From a virus (taxonomy: Duplodnaviria > Heunggongvirae > Uroviricota > Caudoviricetes), in the IMG/VR virus record IMGVR_UViG_3300010882_000010: DNA of 64,000 bases; one strand, given 5' to 3'. Below are positions 1 through 8,629 of this stretch, piece after piece. Position 1 is the stretch's first letter, and every line of letters starts with the position of its first letter. Position numbers and translations under genes: made by a program. The notes under the pieces were generated by a model that was given only the letters and a program-made list of their open reading frames with translations, did no database searches and had not been told where the DNA came from.

Positions 1-2
1 AT

Positions 3-917
3 CGTAAGTACATCGTTGCTAAAACTAAAGTAGTAGAAACAGCAATGTGTCAAAAAGAATGGGGTAGAATTGATTATGAACATGTACCATCAGTTGCGAT
101 GTCTCGTTACATGAAAGCTTTTGGTAAAAACGATGGAATTAGATTTACAGAATACGTGCAATCTGTTCAAAAAGGTGAAAAAGTAATGCATGCAAGTGCT
201 ACTTATCCATATGATATTATTCGCGCTTTAAGAAATTGTAGTAATCCTGATGCCGCAAATGCACAATGGTTGCAATTACCTAACTATTTGGAAGGTAATA
301 AAGAATCTATTATGCCAATGGTTGATGTTTCGGGTTCTATGGATAGCAAAGTTTCTGGAAGTATTACAGCAATGGATATTTCAATTTCTTTGGGAATTTA
401 TGTAGCAGAAAGAATGGAAGGACCGTTTAGAGATCATTTCATTACTTTCACAAGTGAACCAAAGTTACAAAGATTAACCGGAAGCTTATCTTCAAGATTA
501 CAACAAATTAAAGGACCTGTTGGATATGATACAAATATCGAAGCAGCTTTTAGAATGTTGTTAGATTGTGCTATTAAAGGTAATGTACCTCAATCTGAAA
601 TGCCTACAAAAATAATGATTATATCGGACATGGAATTTAATAATTCTTGTATTAGTGGACATGATGTAACAGCTATGTCAAAGATAAACAGTCTTTATGA
701 AGCAGCCGGATACAAAAGACCTGATATTATTTTCTGGAAAGTAAACGTTCTTTCTATGGAAAATTGCCCTGTAAAACATGATGCAGAGGGTACATGCTTA
801 GTTTCGGGATTTTCCCCAAGTATTTTGACATCATTGCTTGGTGGTGAAATGACTCCAATGAAAATTTTGGAAAAAACTATCAACAATCCAAGATATGATA
901 AAGTAGTTCTTGGATAA
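3..917 (+). CDS. DUF2828-family / vWA-domain protein (5' partial)
   Basis: Frame is open from base 3 (RKYIVAKTKVVETAMC...). Has the MIDAS motif DVSGSM, IISDMEF and the C-terminal LVSGFSPS typical of DUF2828/TROVE-vWA proteins. Confidence 0.8.
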   Translation, partial: RKYIVAKTKVVETAMCQKEWGRIDYEHVPSVAMSRYMKAFGKNDGIRFTEYVQSVQKGEKVMHASATYPYDIIRALRNCSNPDAANAQWLQLPNYLEGNKESIMPMVDVSGSMDSKVSGSITAMDISISLGIYVAERMEGPFRDHFITFTSEPKLQRLTGSLSSRLQQIKGPVGYDTNIEAAFRMLLDCAIKGNVPQSEMPTKIMIISDMEFNNSCISGHDVTAMSKINSLYEAAGYKRPDIIFWKVNVLSMENCPVKHDAEGTCLVSGFSPSILTSLLGGEMTPMKILEKTINNPRYDKVVLG

Positions 918-951
918 TTAAAACGGTTTGCAGACCGATACCGAAAAAAGT

Positions 952-980
952 AAAACTTTTTGGACCGTTTGTGTAATAAT
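952..980 (+). promoter_or_regulatory. Early/middle-type promoter motif AAAACTTTT-N13-TAATAAT
   Basis: One of six copies with identical 13-nt spacing, each upstream of a non-structural gene. Confidence 0.7.
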
Positions 981-997
981 AGCACAAACGGTTTTTT
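964..997 (+). terminator. Intrinsic terminator overlapping the promoter motif
   Basis: Stem ACCGTTTGTG/CACAAACGGT (10 bp) followed by a T-tract. Confidence 0.7.
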
Positions 998-1000
998 ATT

Positions 1001-1195
1001 ATGATTTTAAATTGGTTTTTTGCTTTTTGCTTACTTGGTATTTTAAGTGCCGGCGTTTTTGGAATTTCGAATGATTTTCTTTGTAATAATTCTAAAGGAG
1101 CTGAAATTGCTACCTTAATTTCGGGATTTAGTATGATTTTAAGTCAACTAGGAATAATAGTATTAATAATTTTGGAAATAATTTCTTTATGGTAA
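1001..1195 (+). CDS. Small membrane protein (2 TM)
   Basis: 64 aa with two hydrophobic segments, directly behind the promoter motif. Confidence 0.6.
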   Translation: MILNWFFAFCLLGILSAGVFGISNDFLCNNSKGAEIATLISGFSMILSQLGIIVLIILEIISLW

Positions 1196-1806
1196 TTTTA
1201 GAAGAGTTAAAGGAAATTTTAGGTAATGAAGAAAAAGTAATCAATTTTGAAACTGTTAAAGTTGATGATACTTTTTTAAGGCCTAGCAAGATTAAGTTTC
1301 TTTCAGATGTTTCTTACCTTAATAGTAGATATTATGATTTTAGTTGGGATTATTCTAATGAAGCACTTAGAATTACAGTAGATGATATCAATTATCATTT
1401 ATTGGAACTTAATGTAGTTGAAAGGTTTAGAGTAATAACTGAATATCAGTATGAAGATAGAAATTTTTTGTTTTTTCATTGGAGAAAGAAAGTAGGACAA
1501 ACAACAAATGAAGATGCTTGTAAAAAACTCTTAGAGAAAATTAAGACTGATATTGAAGAAAAGAACAAGCATATCAAAATTGATATTAAGAAATGGTTTA
1601 GTAATAAAGATAATGCACTTTATTATGGATTTAAGGTAAAGACCTATCTCATTAGTAAACAACAAGTTGGAAGTTACAAAACGGAATTACAAGAAGTTTC
1701 AATTTTTGATTTGAAAAGTTTGAAAAGAGAAAACAAGAAAAAGCAATTAAAAGAGAAGCAACAATTAATTGACAAAAAATTAGAAAATTTTTTAGCATGG
1801 CTATGA
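1189..1806 (+). CDS. Hypothetical protein
   Basis: 205-aa ORF overlapping its neighbours in operon fashion. Confidence 0.7.
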   Translation: MVILEELKEILGNEEKVINFETVKVDDTFLRPSKIKFLSDVSYLNSRYYDFSWDYSNEALRITVDDINYHLLELNVVERFRVITEYQYEDRNFLFFHWRKKVGQTTNEDACKKLLEKIKTDIEEKNKHIKIDIKKWFSNKDNALYYGFKVKTYLISKQQVGSYKTELQEVSIFDLKSLKRENKKKQLKEKQQLIDKKLENFLAWL

Positions 1807-2051
1807 TACAAGAAAACAGAAAATTATCAGGAATTTTCTTCAGGTTGAAAAATGAAGAATCTGGTGAAATGGAAGTTAGATGTTTTGAAGATTTTTCAGA
1901 AGATCAGCAAAAGTTCATTATGGAACAAAATAGTAAGACTAACAAAGATTATCAGATGTGGTTAGAAGGTCTTTGTTTGCAACTTTCAAGAACAATTAAA
2001 GAAATTGGAAATGAGTTAGATCTCTTTTCTGAATACAACTTAGAATCTTAG
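1797..2051 (+). CDS. Hypothetical protein
   Basis: 84-aa ORF overlapping the upstream stop. Confidence 0.65.
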   Translation: MAMIQENRKLSGIFFRLKNEESGEMEVRCFEDFSEDQQKFIMEQNSKTNKDYQMWLEGLCLQLSRTIKEIGNELDLFSEYNLES

Positions 2052-2063
2052 TTCAAAAAAGTT

Positions 2064-2074
2064 GGAATAGATAA
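2064..2074 (+). promoter_or_regulatory. Late-type promoter variant GGAATAGATAA
   Basis: Matches the recurring GGAATARATA motif; lies upstream of hsp20. Confidence 0.55.
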
Positions 2075-2167
2075 CATGACTGTGAATTTTGTCCGAGTTT
2101 AGCTCAGGCAAACAAAAACAAAATTAACAATACTAAAATAATATCCAATCTAAGGAGGGATTACAAA

Positions 2168-2632
2168 ATGCATGAATTAGTAAAATTCAACAATCAATTA
2201 AACAATTATTTAAATAGTTGGGGCGTAGAACCATTTTCAATTCTATGCCGAAATTTTTTCAATGAAAATTCACTTTTTGAACCGATTGAAGATTTTAAAT
2301 TTAATCATCCTGTTGATGTAACAAAAACAAAGGAAGGATTAGAAATTGAAGTCGCGGCAGTGGGAATTGATAAAGAAGACATCAAAATTAACATTGAAGA
2401 TGGTAATGTGCTTAGAATTTCTTACGATAAGAAAGAAGTAGAAGAAACCGAAAATGAAGAAAAGAAAACAATCCACAAAGGAATCAGTAGAAAATCATTC
2501 AAGTATGGTTATCAATTAGATTCTAGCAGATATGATCTTAATGATATTAAGGCAAATTTAGAGAAAGGTTTGCTTACTATTAAGGTTAAACATTGTGAAA
2601 AAGCATTACCTAAAATGGTAACAATTAACTAA
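2168..2632 (+). CDS. hsp20: Small heat-shock protein (Hsp20/alpha-crystallin)
   Basis: PVDV..., IEVAAVGIDKEDIKI, HKGISRKSF, ANLEKGLLTI motifs. SD AAGGAGG at 2152-2158. Confidence 0.92.
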   Translation: MHELVKFNNQLNNYLNSWGVEPFSILCRNFFNENSLFEPIEDFKFNHPVDVTKTKEGLEIEVAAVGIDKEDIKINIEDGNVLRISYDKKEVEETENEEKKTIHKGISRKSFKYGYQLDSSRYDLNDIKANLEKGLLTIKVKHCEKALPKMVTIN

Positions 2633-2659
2633 AAGTAAAAACAAGATAATTCACAGTCG

Positions 2660-2687
2660 AAATCCCTTAAGAAATTGAGGGATTTTT
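2660..2687 (+). terminator. Intrinsic terminator
   Basis: Stem AAATCCCTTAA-GAAA-TTGAGGGATTT with a GNRA loop, then a T-tract. Confidence 0.8.
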
Positions 2688-2747
2688 AGTTTTAAATCAA
2701 AACTTTTTGAGAATTTTGAATTAAAACAATAGTAGAAATTTGCAATT

Positions 2748-3053
2748 ATGATGACAGAAATTTGCGTAATTAAGATAGAGACAAAACATCTTTTTACACC
2801 AGGTAAGGATTATTTTCTTCGATATGGAAAGCGGACAATTAAGTTAATTTGTTTAAGACCATCCACAGAAGGATGGATTTTTCAAGCAGAAGAAAAGTTG
2901 GAAGAAATTAAAAAGTACTTTGAACCTGAAGGATTTTTAAATGGTAAGCTAACATCTGAAGATGCTAATACTATTGATACTTTACTTTTAGAAATCAAAC
3001 CATTAACACCAACACATGGTCTAATAAAAACAAAAGATAATGAAACATGTTAA
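2748..3053 (+). CDS. Hypothetical protein
   Basis: 101-aa ORF after the terminator and a degenerate AAAACTTTT box (2699-2707). Confidence 0.65.
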   Translation: MMTEICVIKIETKHLFTPGKDYFLRYGKRTIKLICLRPSTEGWIFQAEEKLEEIKKYFEPEGFLNGKLTSEDANTIDTLLLEIKPLTPTHGLIKTKDNETC

Positions 3054-3516
3054 AATTCCTATTTACGAATTTAAAGAATTAAGTGAGAACATTCGTAAAT
3101 GGAAAATTGAAGGAGTTGAAAAAACTTTTGATGAAAATCCAGAATCTTTTATGCCAAAAGATGTTTGGGCAGAGTTAAAAGGATTTTACAAAGATAATTT
3201 AGTAGGAACTTTGCAAAACTATTATTATCAAATTGATGGAACTGTTGTAGGAAAGAAGTGGGAAATTGATGAATTACAAGAGGATTTAAGATTCATGGAT
3301 AATTTCATAGTAAGTTTTCAATATCCAAAATCTGGAATTTTTGAAGTTGAAATTAAAGATCCAAGAGATGTTTTAAAATTTCAAAAATTGTGTGAATTGA
3401 TAAAGGTCCCAGGTGAGTATTATCCTGGAGTCAGAGTTTGGAAAAATGGTAAAGAAATTGATGTTTTAGATTTGCAAATTGCTTTAGGACAAGTTAAAAT
3501 TAAAGAAATCATATGA
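3040..3516 (+). CDS. Hypothetical protein
   Basis: 158-aa ORF overlapping its neighbours. Confidence 0.7.
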   Translation: MKHVKIPIYEFKELSENIRKWKIEGVEKTFDENPESFMPKDVWAELKGFYKDNLVGTLQNYYYQIDGTVVGKKWEIDELQEDLRFMDNFIVSFQYPKSGIFEVEIKDPRDVLKFQKLCELIKVPGEYYPGVRVWKNGKEIDVLDLQIALGQVKIKEII

Positions 3517-3734
3517 TGATAGAAGCAATGCAAAACAGAATAATGCAGCCTAAATTAATGGAAGCACATTGGAAAAGTTGTCCATTCTTTGAAGAGAAAA
3601 ATTGCGGAAGTTGGTATTGTTTTGCTAATAATTATGAAGCTGATTTTGAAGAACATGATGAACTTTGTGATAAGGATTGTTATTACATGAGAAGTTTTGA
3701 AGCAGAACTTGAAAAATTAGGTTTTAAAGCATGA
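3513..3734 (+). CDS. Small Cys-rich protein
   Basis: 73 aa with C..C..CxxxCxxM pattern; ATGA coupling. Confidence 0.6.
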   Translation: MMIEAMQNRIMQPKLMEAHWKSCPFFEEKNCGSWYCFANNYEADFEEHDELCDKDCYYMRSFEAELEKLGFKA

Positions 3735-3913
3735 CAATTAAAGAAAAAGAAAAATTAATCCAAGAACGCAGAGATGCTTGTTGTCTTTACAGTGAAAGAA
3801 ATGGCGAAAGAAATTGTGCCAGCGGTTTAACTTTTAGGTGGAATCCTTGTGGAATTTTACCATGTAATGATCAATGTGATTGGATGCAAAACTATGTTAA
3901 AACTTTAGAATAA
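3731..3913 (+). CDS. Small Cys-rich protein (likely paralog of the previous gene)
   Basis: 60 aa with the same C..C..CxxxCxxM pattern; ATGA coupling. Confidence 0.6.
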   Translation: MTIKEKEKLIQERRDACCLYSERNGERNCASGLTFRWNPCGILPCNDQCDWMQNYVKTLE

Positions 3914-4398
3914 TGAGAATAGAAATTAGACTAGGACAAGTTTTCAAAGATGGAAACTATGCAACGCCGGGAAGCGAAGAACAGTGGTATGAGTACGATT
4001 ACAAAGATTGGAGTACACAACTATACAAAGATAATTTTAAAGCCAACGTTAAAGTAGTTTACGATATTGTAGAACGAGCAAACAAGGGTGAAAACATCTT
4101 AATTGATAATTGTGACCATTTTGTTACTTATCTTGTAAACAATTGTCTTTTTAGAAAAGTAGTTGAAAATGAGATTAAAAGATTAGAAGATGTTGAGATG
4201 CTTGAATTATTACCTCCTGTAGAAACTTTTTGTGATATTTTAGAAATTGATGAAGATGGTAAAGAAGTTTCAATTTTAACAGAAGATCACAGAGGTTGTA
4301 TCGGTAGTAATTGGTTTGACAAACAAATGAAAATCATAATGGATGATTTTTATCGACTATTGAATTTTTACTGGTCTGAAGATGAAAAAGAAGATTAA
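3913..4398 (+). CDS. Hypothetical protein
   Basis: 161-aa acidic ORF; TAATG coupling. Confidence 0.7.
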   Translation: MRIEIRLGQVFKDGNYATPGSEEQWYEYDYKDWSTQLYKDNFKANVKVVYDIVERANKGENILIDNCDHFVTYLVNNCLFRKVVENEIKRLEDVEMLELLPPVETFCDILEIDEDGKEVSILTEDHRGCIGSNWFDKQMKIIMDDFYRLLNFYWSEDEKED

Positions 4399-4416
4399 AA
4401 AGTTTCAAAAAATTTT

Positions 4417-4432
4417 GGAATAAATAGTAAAA
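4417..4432 (+). promoter_or_regulatory. Late-type promoter GGAATAAATAGTAAAA
   Basis: Exact consensus copy 23 nt upstream of the tnpB ATG. Confidence 0.7.
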
Positions 4433-4455
4433 GTTGTAATCATACAAACACTAAA

Positions 4456-5700
4456 ATGATTTTATCAGAACAACACATCATTAAACAATCAAATCCTCTT
4501 TATCAAGAGTTAGATATGTTGTGTTTTTTATCTAAAAATCTTTACAATTCAGCTCTTTATTCTGTACGTCAACATTATTTTGAAACAGGTAAATATCTAG
4601 GAAAGTTTGAATTGATTAAAAAGTTTGTTAAAGAAAAACAAGTTGATTATTATGCTTTACCTACTAAAGTGGCTACATGTGTACTTTTTCAAGTAGATCA
4701 AAACATGAAATCATTTTTTACACTTTTAAAGTTAAAACAAAAAGGACAATATCAACAACAAGTTAAATTACCTAAGTATCTTAAAAAAGATGGAAGAAAC
4801 ATAGGGATATTTCCAGAAGATGGAATTTCAGGAAAAGAATTAAAGAAAGGAATTATCAAATTCGGTGGAATAGAAATTAACAAAAAATTTGTTTCATTAG
4901 TTAAAGGAACTATCAAAACCAAACAACAAAAGGTTCAACAAGTTCGTATTATTCCTAAAAACGGATACTATACTGTAGAAGTGCTTTACAAAGTAGAATC
5001 AAAATCTAAACTACAAGACAATCAAAAATACTTATCAATTGATTTAGGCATAAACAACTTAGCAACTTTAACTTCTAATGTAACTAAACCTATCATAGTA
5101 AACGGAAGACCTGTAAAGAGTATTAACCAATACTTTAACAAAACTAAAGCAAAACTCTCTTCACAATTAGAAACAGTAAACAAAACTAAATCATCAAAAA
5201 GAACTCAATCTTTATCCTTAAAGAGAAACAATAAAATCAAAGATTACTTTCACAAGACATCTAGATTCATAGTGAATCATGCAATTTCTAACGACCTTAA
5301 TACTATAATTATCGGTAAGAATCAAGGCTGGAAACAAGACACAAATCTAGGTAGAGTTAATAATCAAAAGTTTGTTTCAATTCCATTTAACAATTTAATT
5401 CAAATGATAAGTTACAAAGCTGAATTACAAGGAATTAAAGTTATTGTAAGAGAAGAAAGTTACACAAGCCAAGCAAGTTTCTTGGATGGAGATTTCATAC
5501 CAAAGTATGGAGATAAGGATATTAAGGAATTTAGTGGAAAGAGGATTAAAAGAGGTCTCTACCAGACTAAAAATGGTAGATTAATTAATGCTGATGTTAA
5601 CGGAAGTTTAAACATCATGAAAAAAGAAGTTTCAAATGCTTTTGTGATAGAAAGATATGGAATAGAGGTGTGTGATACGCCATTAGTTGTAGGATTCTAG
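4456..5700 (+). mobile_element. tnpB: Solo TnpB (IS200/IS605, IS1341-like) RNA-guided nuclease gene, no tnpA
   Basis: N-terminal SKNLYN, RuvC-I SIDLGINNLA, IIIGKNQGWKQ, REESYTSQAS and RuvC-III INADVNGSLNI. Confidence 0.9.
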
Positions 5701-5750
5701 AACTAAGAAAACTTTTTAAAAGTTAATCATCGTAGGTAATTAGAACTATT
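5560..5750 (+). ncRNA. Putative TnpB omega/reRNA region (bounds approximate)
   Basis: Inferred from family biology (the reRNA overlaps the tnpB 3' end). Palindrome AACTTTT-T-AAAAGTT at 5710-5724, then TCAT at 5727-5730 as a candidate right end. Confidence 0.35.
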
Positions 5751-5766
5751 AAAATTATTAACATCT

Positions 5767-6015
5767 ATGATTAAACTAACACAACATAGTGAATGGAATG
5801 GACAACCAAAACCAGATGATGGTAAGAAAGTTTTGATAAATCCATTTTGGCTTTCAATGGTTGAAGAGTTAGAATTTGGAACAAGAATACATGTGCAAGC
5901 TAATTCAAAATATGGGGTTACTAAATTCCAAACAAAAGAAAGTTTTAAACAAATTGAAGATATTTTAAAAGTAGAACAGTTTGAAAAGAAGAACAAACCA
6001 TTGACAATTGTTTAG
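5767..6015 (+). CDS. Small protein, possibly FlbD-like fold
   Basis: Pattern MIKLT...VLINP...VEE...T.I......KES..QI..IL. Confidence 0.45.
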   Translation: MIKLTQHSEWNGQPKPDDGKKVLINPFWLSMVEELEFGTRIHVQANSKYGVTKFQTKESFKQIEDILKVEQFEKKNKPLTIV

Positions 6016-6037
6016 AAAAATAGAGGTAAATAGTAAG

Positions 6038-6268
6038 ATGAATGAAGTACTTGAATTAACACCAGAAAATTTCTATGATTATTTTGATGATCCTCTTTTA
6101 GATGATGAATTGTTTGGAGATAAAAAACATTTTACACTTGAAGAGAAATTAAACAGTGGAAAAGAATCTTTTGATAATTTGGTATTATTAGGTTTGAAAA
6201 AACCGGAAGAATGGGATGAACACAAAAAAGAATTAACAAAATTTTATCAAGAACATGAACAAATTTGA
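6038..6268 (+). CDS. Hypothetical acidic protein
   Basis: ATG 6038 preferred over TTG 6008 because it follows the late-like GGTAAATAGTAA (6025-6036). Confidence 0.6.
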   Translation: MNEVLELTPENFYDYFDDPLLDDELFGDKKHFTLEEKLNSGKESFDNLVLLGLKKPEEWDEHKKELTKFYQEHEQI

Positions 6269-7106
6269 TCAATTTTTAAAAGGAGAAATTATTGTTGAAA
6301 AATCAATTAACAGATTTTTTTACATGATGGAAAATCATGATATTGCAACTATTAGTGGATGGAGAAAAGAAATTAAAGCACAACATCCTGGAATTTCTTT
6401 ATGGTATGGTTATCAACAGTATTTAGAAACTGGTGAACAAGTTAAAAGAAATAGTAAAGATAGTGCCAATAAAGAATTAGTACGAATGTTACAAAATTTA
6501 AAGTACGGAGTTACAAAAGTACAAGGTGGATATCCAGAAAATAATAATGGTAAAGTAAAACTTAATGATGCTGAAAATTCTTTCATAGTTGTTAATCTTA
6601 ATAATGATCCAAGTTTTCATCAAAATCTAATTAAAATAGCAGGATTTTTTAATCAAGATTCAGTTGGTTTTATTGATAAAGGAACAGAAGGAAACTTTTA
6701 CTTGGTTACTACTAATGATTCAGATGAAAATAGTCCATATGGTACTAAATTTTCAATTGGTAAAATGAAAAATGTTAATACTATTGAGTACTTTTTTACT
6801 AAAATCAAAGGTCATTATCTTTCAGCGATGGAAGAATCTTTAAATTCATTAACAAATCGTAATTTTCATGATTTTTTTGATTCAACAGATGAGATGTTTG
6901 AAGATGAAAAAAATCTTAATGGATGGTCTAGATTGGCTAAAAGAAAACAAACGTATGAAAATTTAAAGTCTCTTGATATTAAAGAAGCACGAGATTTCAA
7001 TGGACATACAGATGAAGAAAGAAGACAAGATCAAATTTTAGCAGAAGAAAACAATGCAAAAACTACAAGACCAAGTAAACTATTTCAAAATTTAGCAAAA
7101 TTTTAA
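6255..7106 (+). CDS. SAM lyase (T3 SAMase-like) with capsid-targeting-like N-terminus
   Basis: Motifs ISGWR, N..L...L, GGYPE, ENSFIV and FNQDSV parallel the T3 SAMase motifs (VSAFR, GCYRE, EKTVRV, WEQDCV; recalled from memory). N-terminus is MNKFDQFLKGE. Confidence 0.65.
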   Translation: MNKFDQFLKGEIIVEKSINRFFYMMENHDIATISGWRKEIKAQHPGISLWYGYQQYLETGEQVKRNSKDSANKELVRMLQNLKYGVTKVQGGYPENNNGKVKLNDAENSFIVVNLNNDPSFHQNLIKIAGFFNQDSVGFIDKGTEGNFYLVTTNDSDENSPYGTKFSIGKMKNVNTIEYFFTKIKGHYLSAMEESLNSLTNRNFHDFFDSTDEMFEDEKNLNGWSRLAKRKQTYENLKSLDIKEARDFNGHTDEERRQDQILAEENNAKTTRPSKLFQNLAKF

Positions 7107-7109
7107 CAT

Positions 7110-7751
7110 ATGAAACATCTTATTATAGCTGGACCAGATTGTGTAGGAAAGAATCTCTTAATTAAAAACATCATTAAGGATTTTGAGAATATTACAGTAC
7201 GTCATTTTACAGTTCCGAAAAATCTAAAACCGGGAGAGATAACCAATTATTGGAAAGATGAGTATTCTCATGCTTTGCATTTGGTTAATCATGCACGAAA
7301 AGAAGAAAAATGTCCACACAAACTTTACGTTTGGAATCGTTCTCATATCTGTGAAACTGTTTATGGTCCTCTTTATCGAAATTCAAACTCAGAATGGATT
7401 TGGAAAATGGAACAATTTTGGGATTTAGACAAAGAAGATGAAACTTACCTTATCTTACTTTATGCAGATCCTGAATTTATTGTAAAACAAGAAGATGGTG
7501 AATCCATTTCTAATGAACTTGAAAAGAGACAAAAAGAAGTTCAACTTTATCTTGAAGGATTTGAAAAATCAATTATCAAAAACAAGTTAAAACTTAAAGT
7601 AAATGAAGGAGATGAGTATGTGCCGGCAATAGGAATTTGGTACAAAGTTTCAAATTTCATTCATGGTTTGGATATTGATAAAATTATTGCAGAAAATTCA
7701 ACATCTTCACATGTTGAGCAATTAAAAGCACTTAACCGAAAGGAAAATTAA
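7110..7751 (+). CDS. Thymidylate/dNMP kinase-like P-loop protein
   Basis: IIAGPDCVGKN P-loop and WNRSHICETVYG (DR-motif equivalent). Confidence 0.75.
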   Translation: MKHLIIAGPDCVGKNLLIKNIIKDFENITVRHFTVPKNLKPGEITNYWKDEYSHALHLVNHARKEEKCPHKLYVWNRSHICETVYGPLYRNSNSEWIWKMEQFWDLDKEDETYLILLYADPEFIVKQEDGESISNELEKRQKEVQLYLEGFEKSIIKNKLKLKVNEGDEYVPAIGIWYKVSNFIHGLDIDKIIAENSTSSHVEQLKALNRKEN

Positions 7752-7768
7752 AATAACGACAAAGAAAA

Positions 7769-8173
7769 ATGAAAAAATTTCTAAAACTATTAGTAGTTGG
7801 ACTATTTTTTGGAATTTGCTTGACATCATGTAATTCATGTAACATGCAAAAACCTGAGTTCCAATTTAATGTGGATGTTTGTGGTGAATTCTTTGAACCT
7901 CAAACAGGTATTTCAGGAGAATTTGACAGTCACGTTTACAATTTTGTACTACCATTTAAAAATTTAGCAGATACCGAAGAAGAAATCAGAGAAGATGAAG
8001 TTACACCTCAGAAACAAAGTGAAATGGAAGATTGGTTAGACAAGTACTTTAAAGAACAAATTCTTAGTAACATGCCAGAAACATCAACTTACTCTATTAC
8101 AATTACAGGAATTTTAAGAGAAGCTAATACTGGAATTATGATTATGGTTAATAAAACATTCACAAAACCTTAA
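7769..8173 (+). CDS. Lipoprotein
   Basis: MKK + hydrophobic core + LTSC lipobox. Confidence 0.7.
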   Translation: MKKFLKLLVVGLFFGICLTSCNSCNMQKPEFQFNVDVCGEFFEPQTGISGEFDSHVYNFVLPFKNLADTEEEIREDEVTPQKQSEMEDWLDKYFKEQILSNMPETSTYSITITGILREANTGIMIMVNKTFTKP

Positions 8174-8175
8174 TC

Positions 8176-8514
8176 ATGAATAAGTTTGATAAGTTTTTGG
8201 CTGGGAATACAGATGAAATTAATGAGTACTTAAGTTTAAGAAAGTATTTTGTGGGTGCTCAAACTGTTACTCAACTTGATTTTTTAAAGAAAAGATTAGA
8301 AAGAGAAATTGAACAAGGTAATCGAGATAAAGTTCCTCCCAAAATAGTTGATTTTTTCTACAGAGAAAGACTTAATCAACTAGGTCCTGGTTCATCAAAA
8401 GATGATGAAACTGAAGTAAACAGGATAAATGCAGCAATGCAAGATTTGATAAGAAGTGAACAAATCAAAGCTCAACAAAATAGACCAACCGAGTTTGGAC
8501 CATTAGCTTTTTAG
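8176..8514 (+). CDS. Putative internal head protein
   Basis: N-terminus MNKFDKFL...EINE, nearly the same as that of 6255. Confidence 0.55.
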   Translation: MNKFDKFLAGNTDEINEYLSLRKYFVGAQTVTQLDFLKKRLEREIEQGNRDKVPPKIVDFFYRERLNQLGPGSSKDDETEVNRINAAMQDLIRSEQIKAQQNRPTEFGPLAF

Positions 8515-8566
8515 CAAAAAACTTAGTAAATTCAATAGTAAAAGTGAAGTTTTAGTTGTCAAAACT

Positions 8567-8595
8567 AAAACTTTTTTGATTCTCCGAATAGTAAT
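8567..8595 (+). promoter_or_regulatory. Early/middle-type promoter AAAACTTTT-N13-TAGTAAT
   Basis: Same motif and spacing as 952; implies the real start is ATG 8630. Confidence 0.65.
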
Positions 8596-8629
8596 AACCA
8601 ATTTAACAAGAACTTTAATTTTTAACACT

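Noticed and set aside
924-937. CGGTTTGCAGACCG hairpin resembling a tRNA-Cys anticodon arm on the minus strand
   Set aside because: Only a 4-bp stem with a 6-nt loop; no D arm, T arm (TTC) or acceptor stem around it.
8576-8629. Extended 5' starts in the ORF track (also 6008, 11459, 12772, 27769)
   Set aside because: The extensions overlap promoter motifs or upstream genes; downstream ATGs give better coupling and expose the N-terminal tags.
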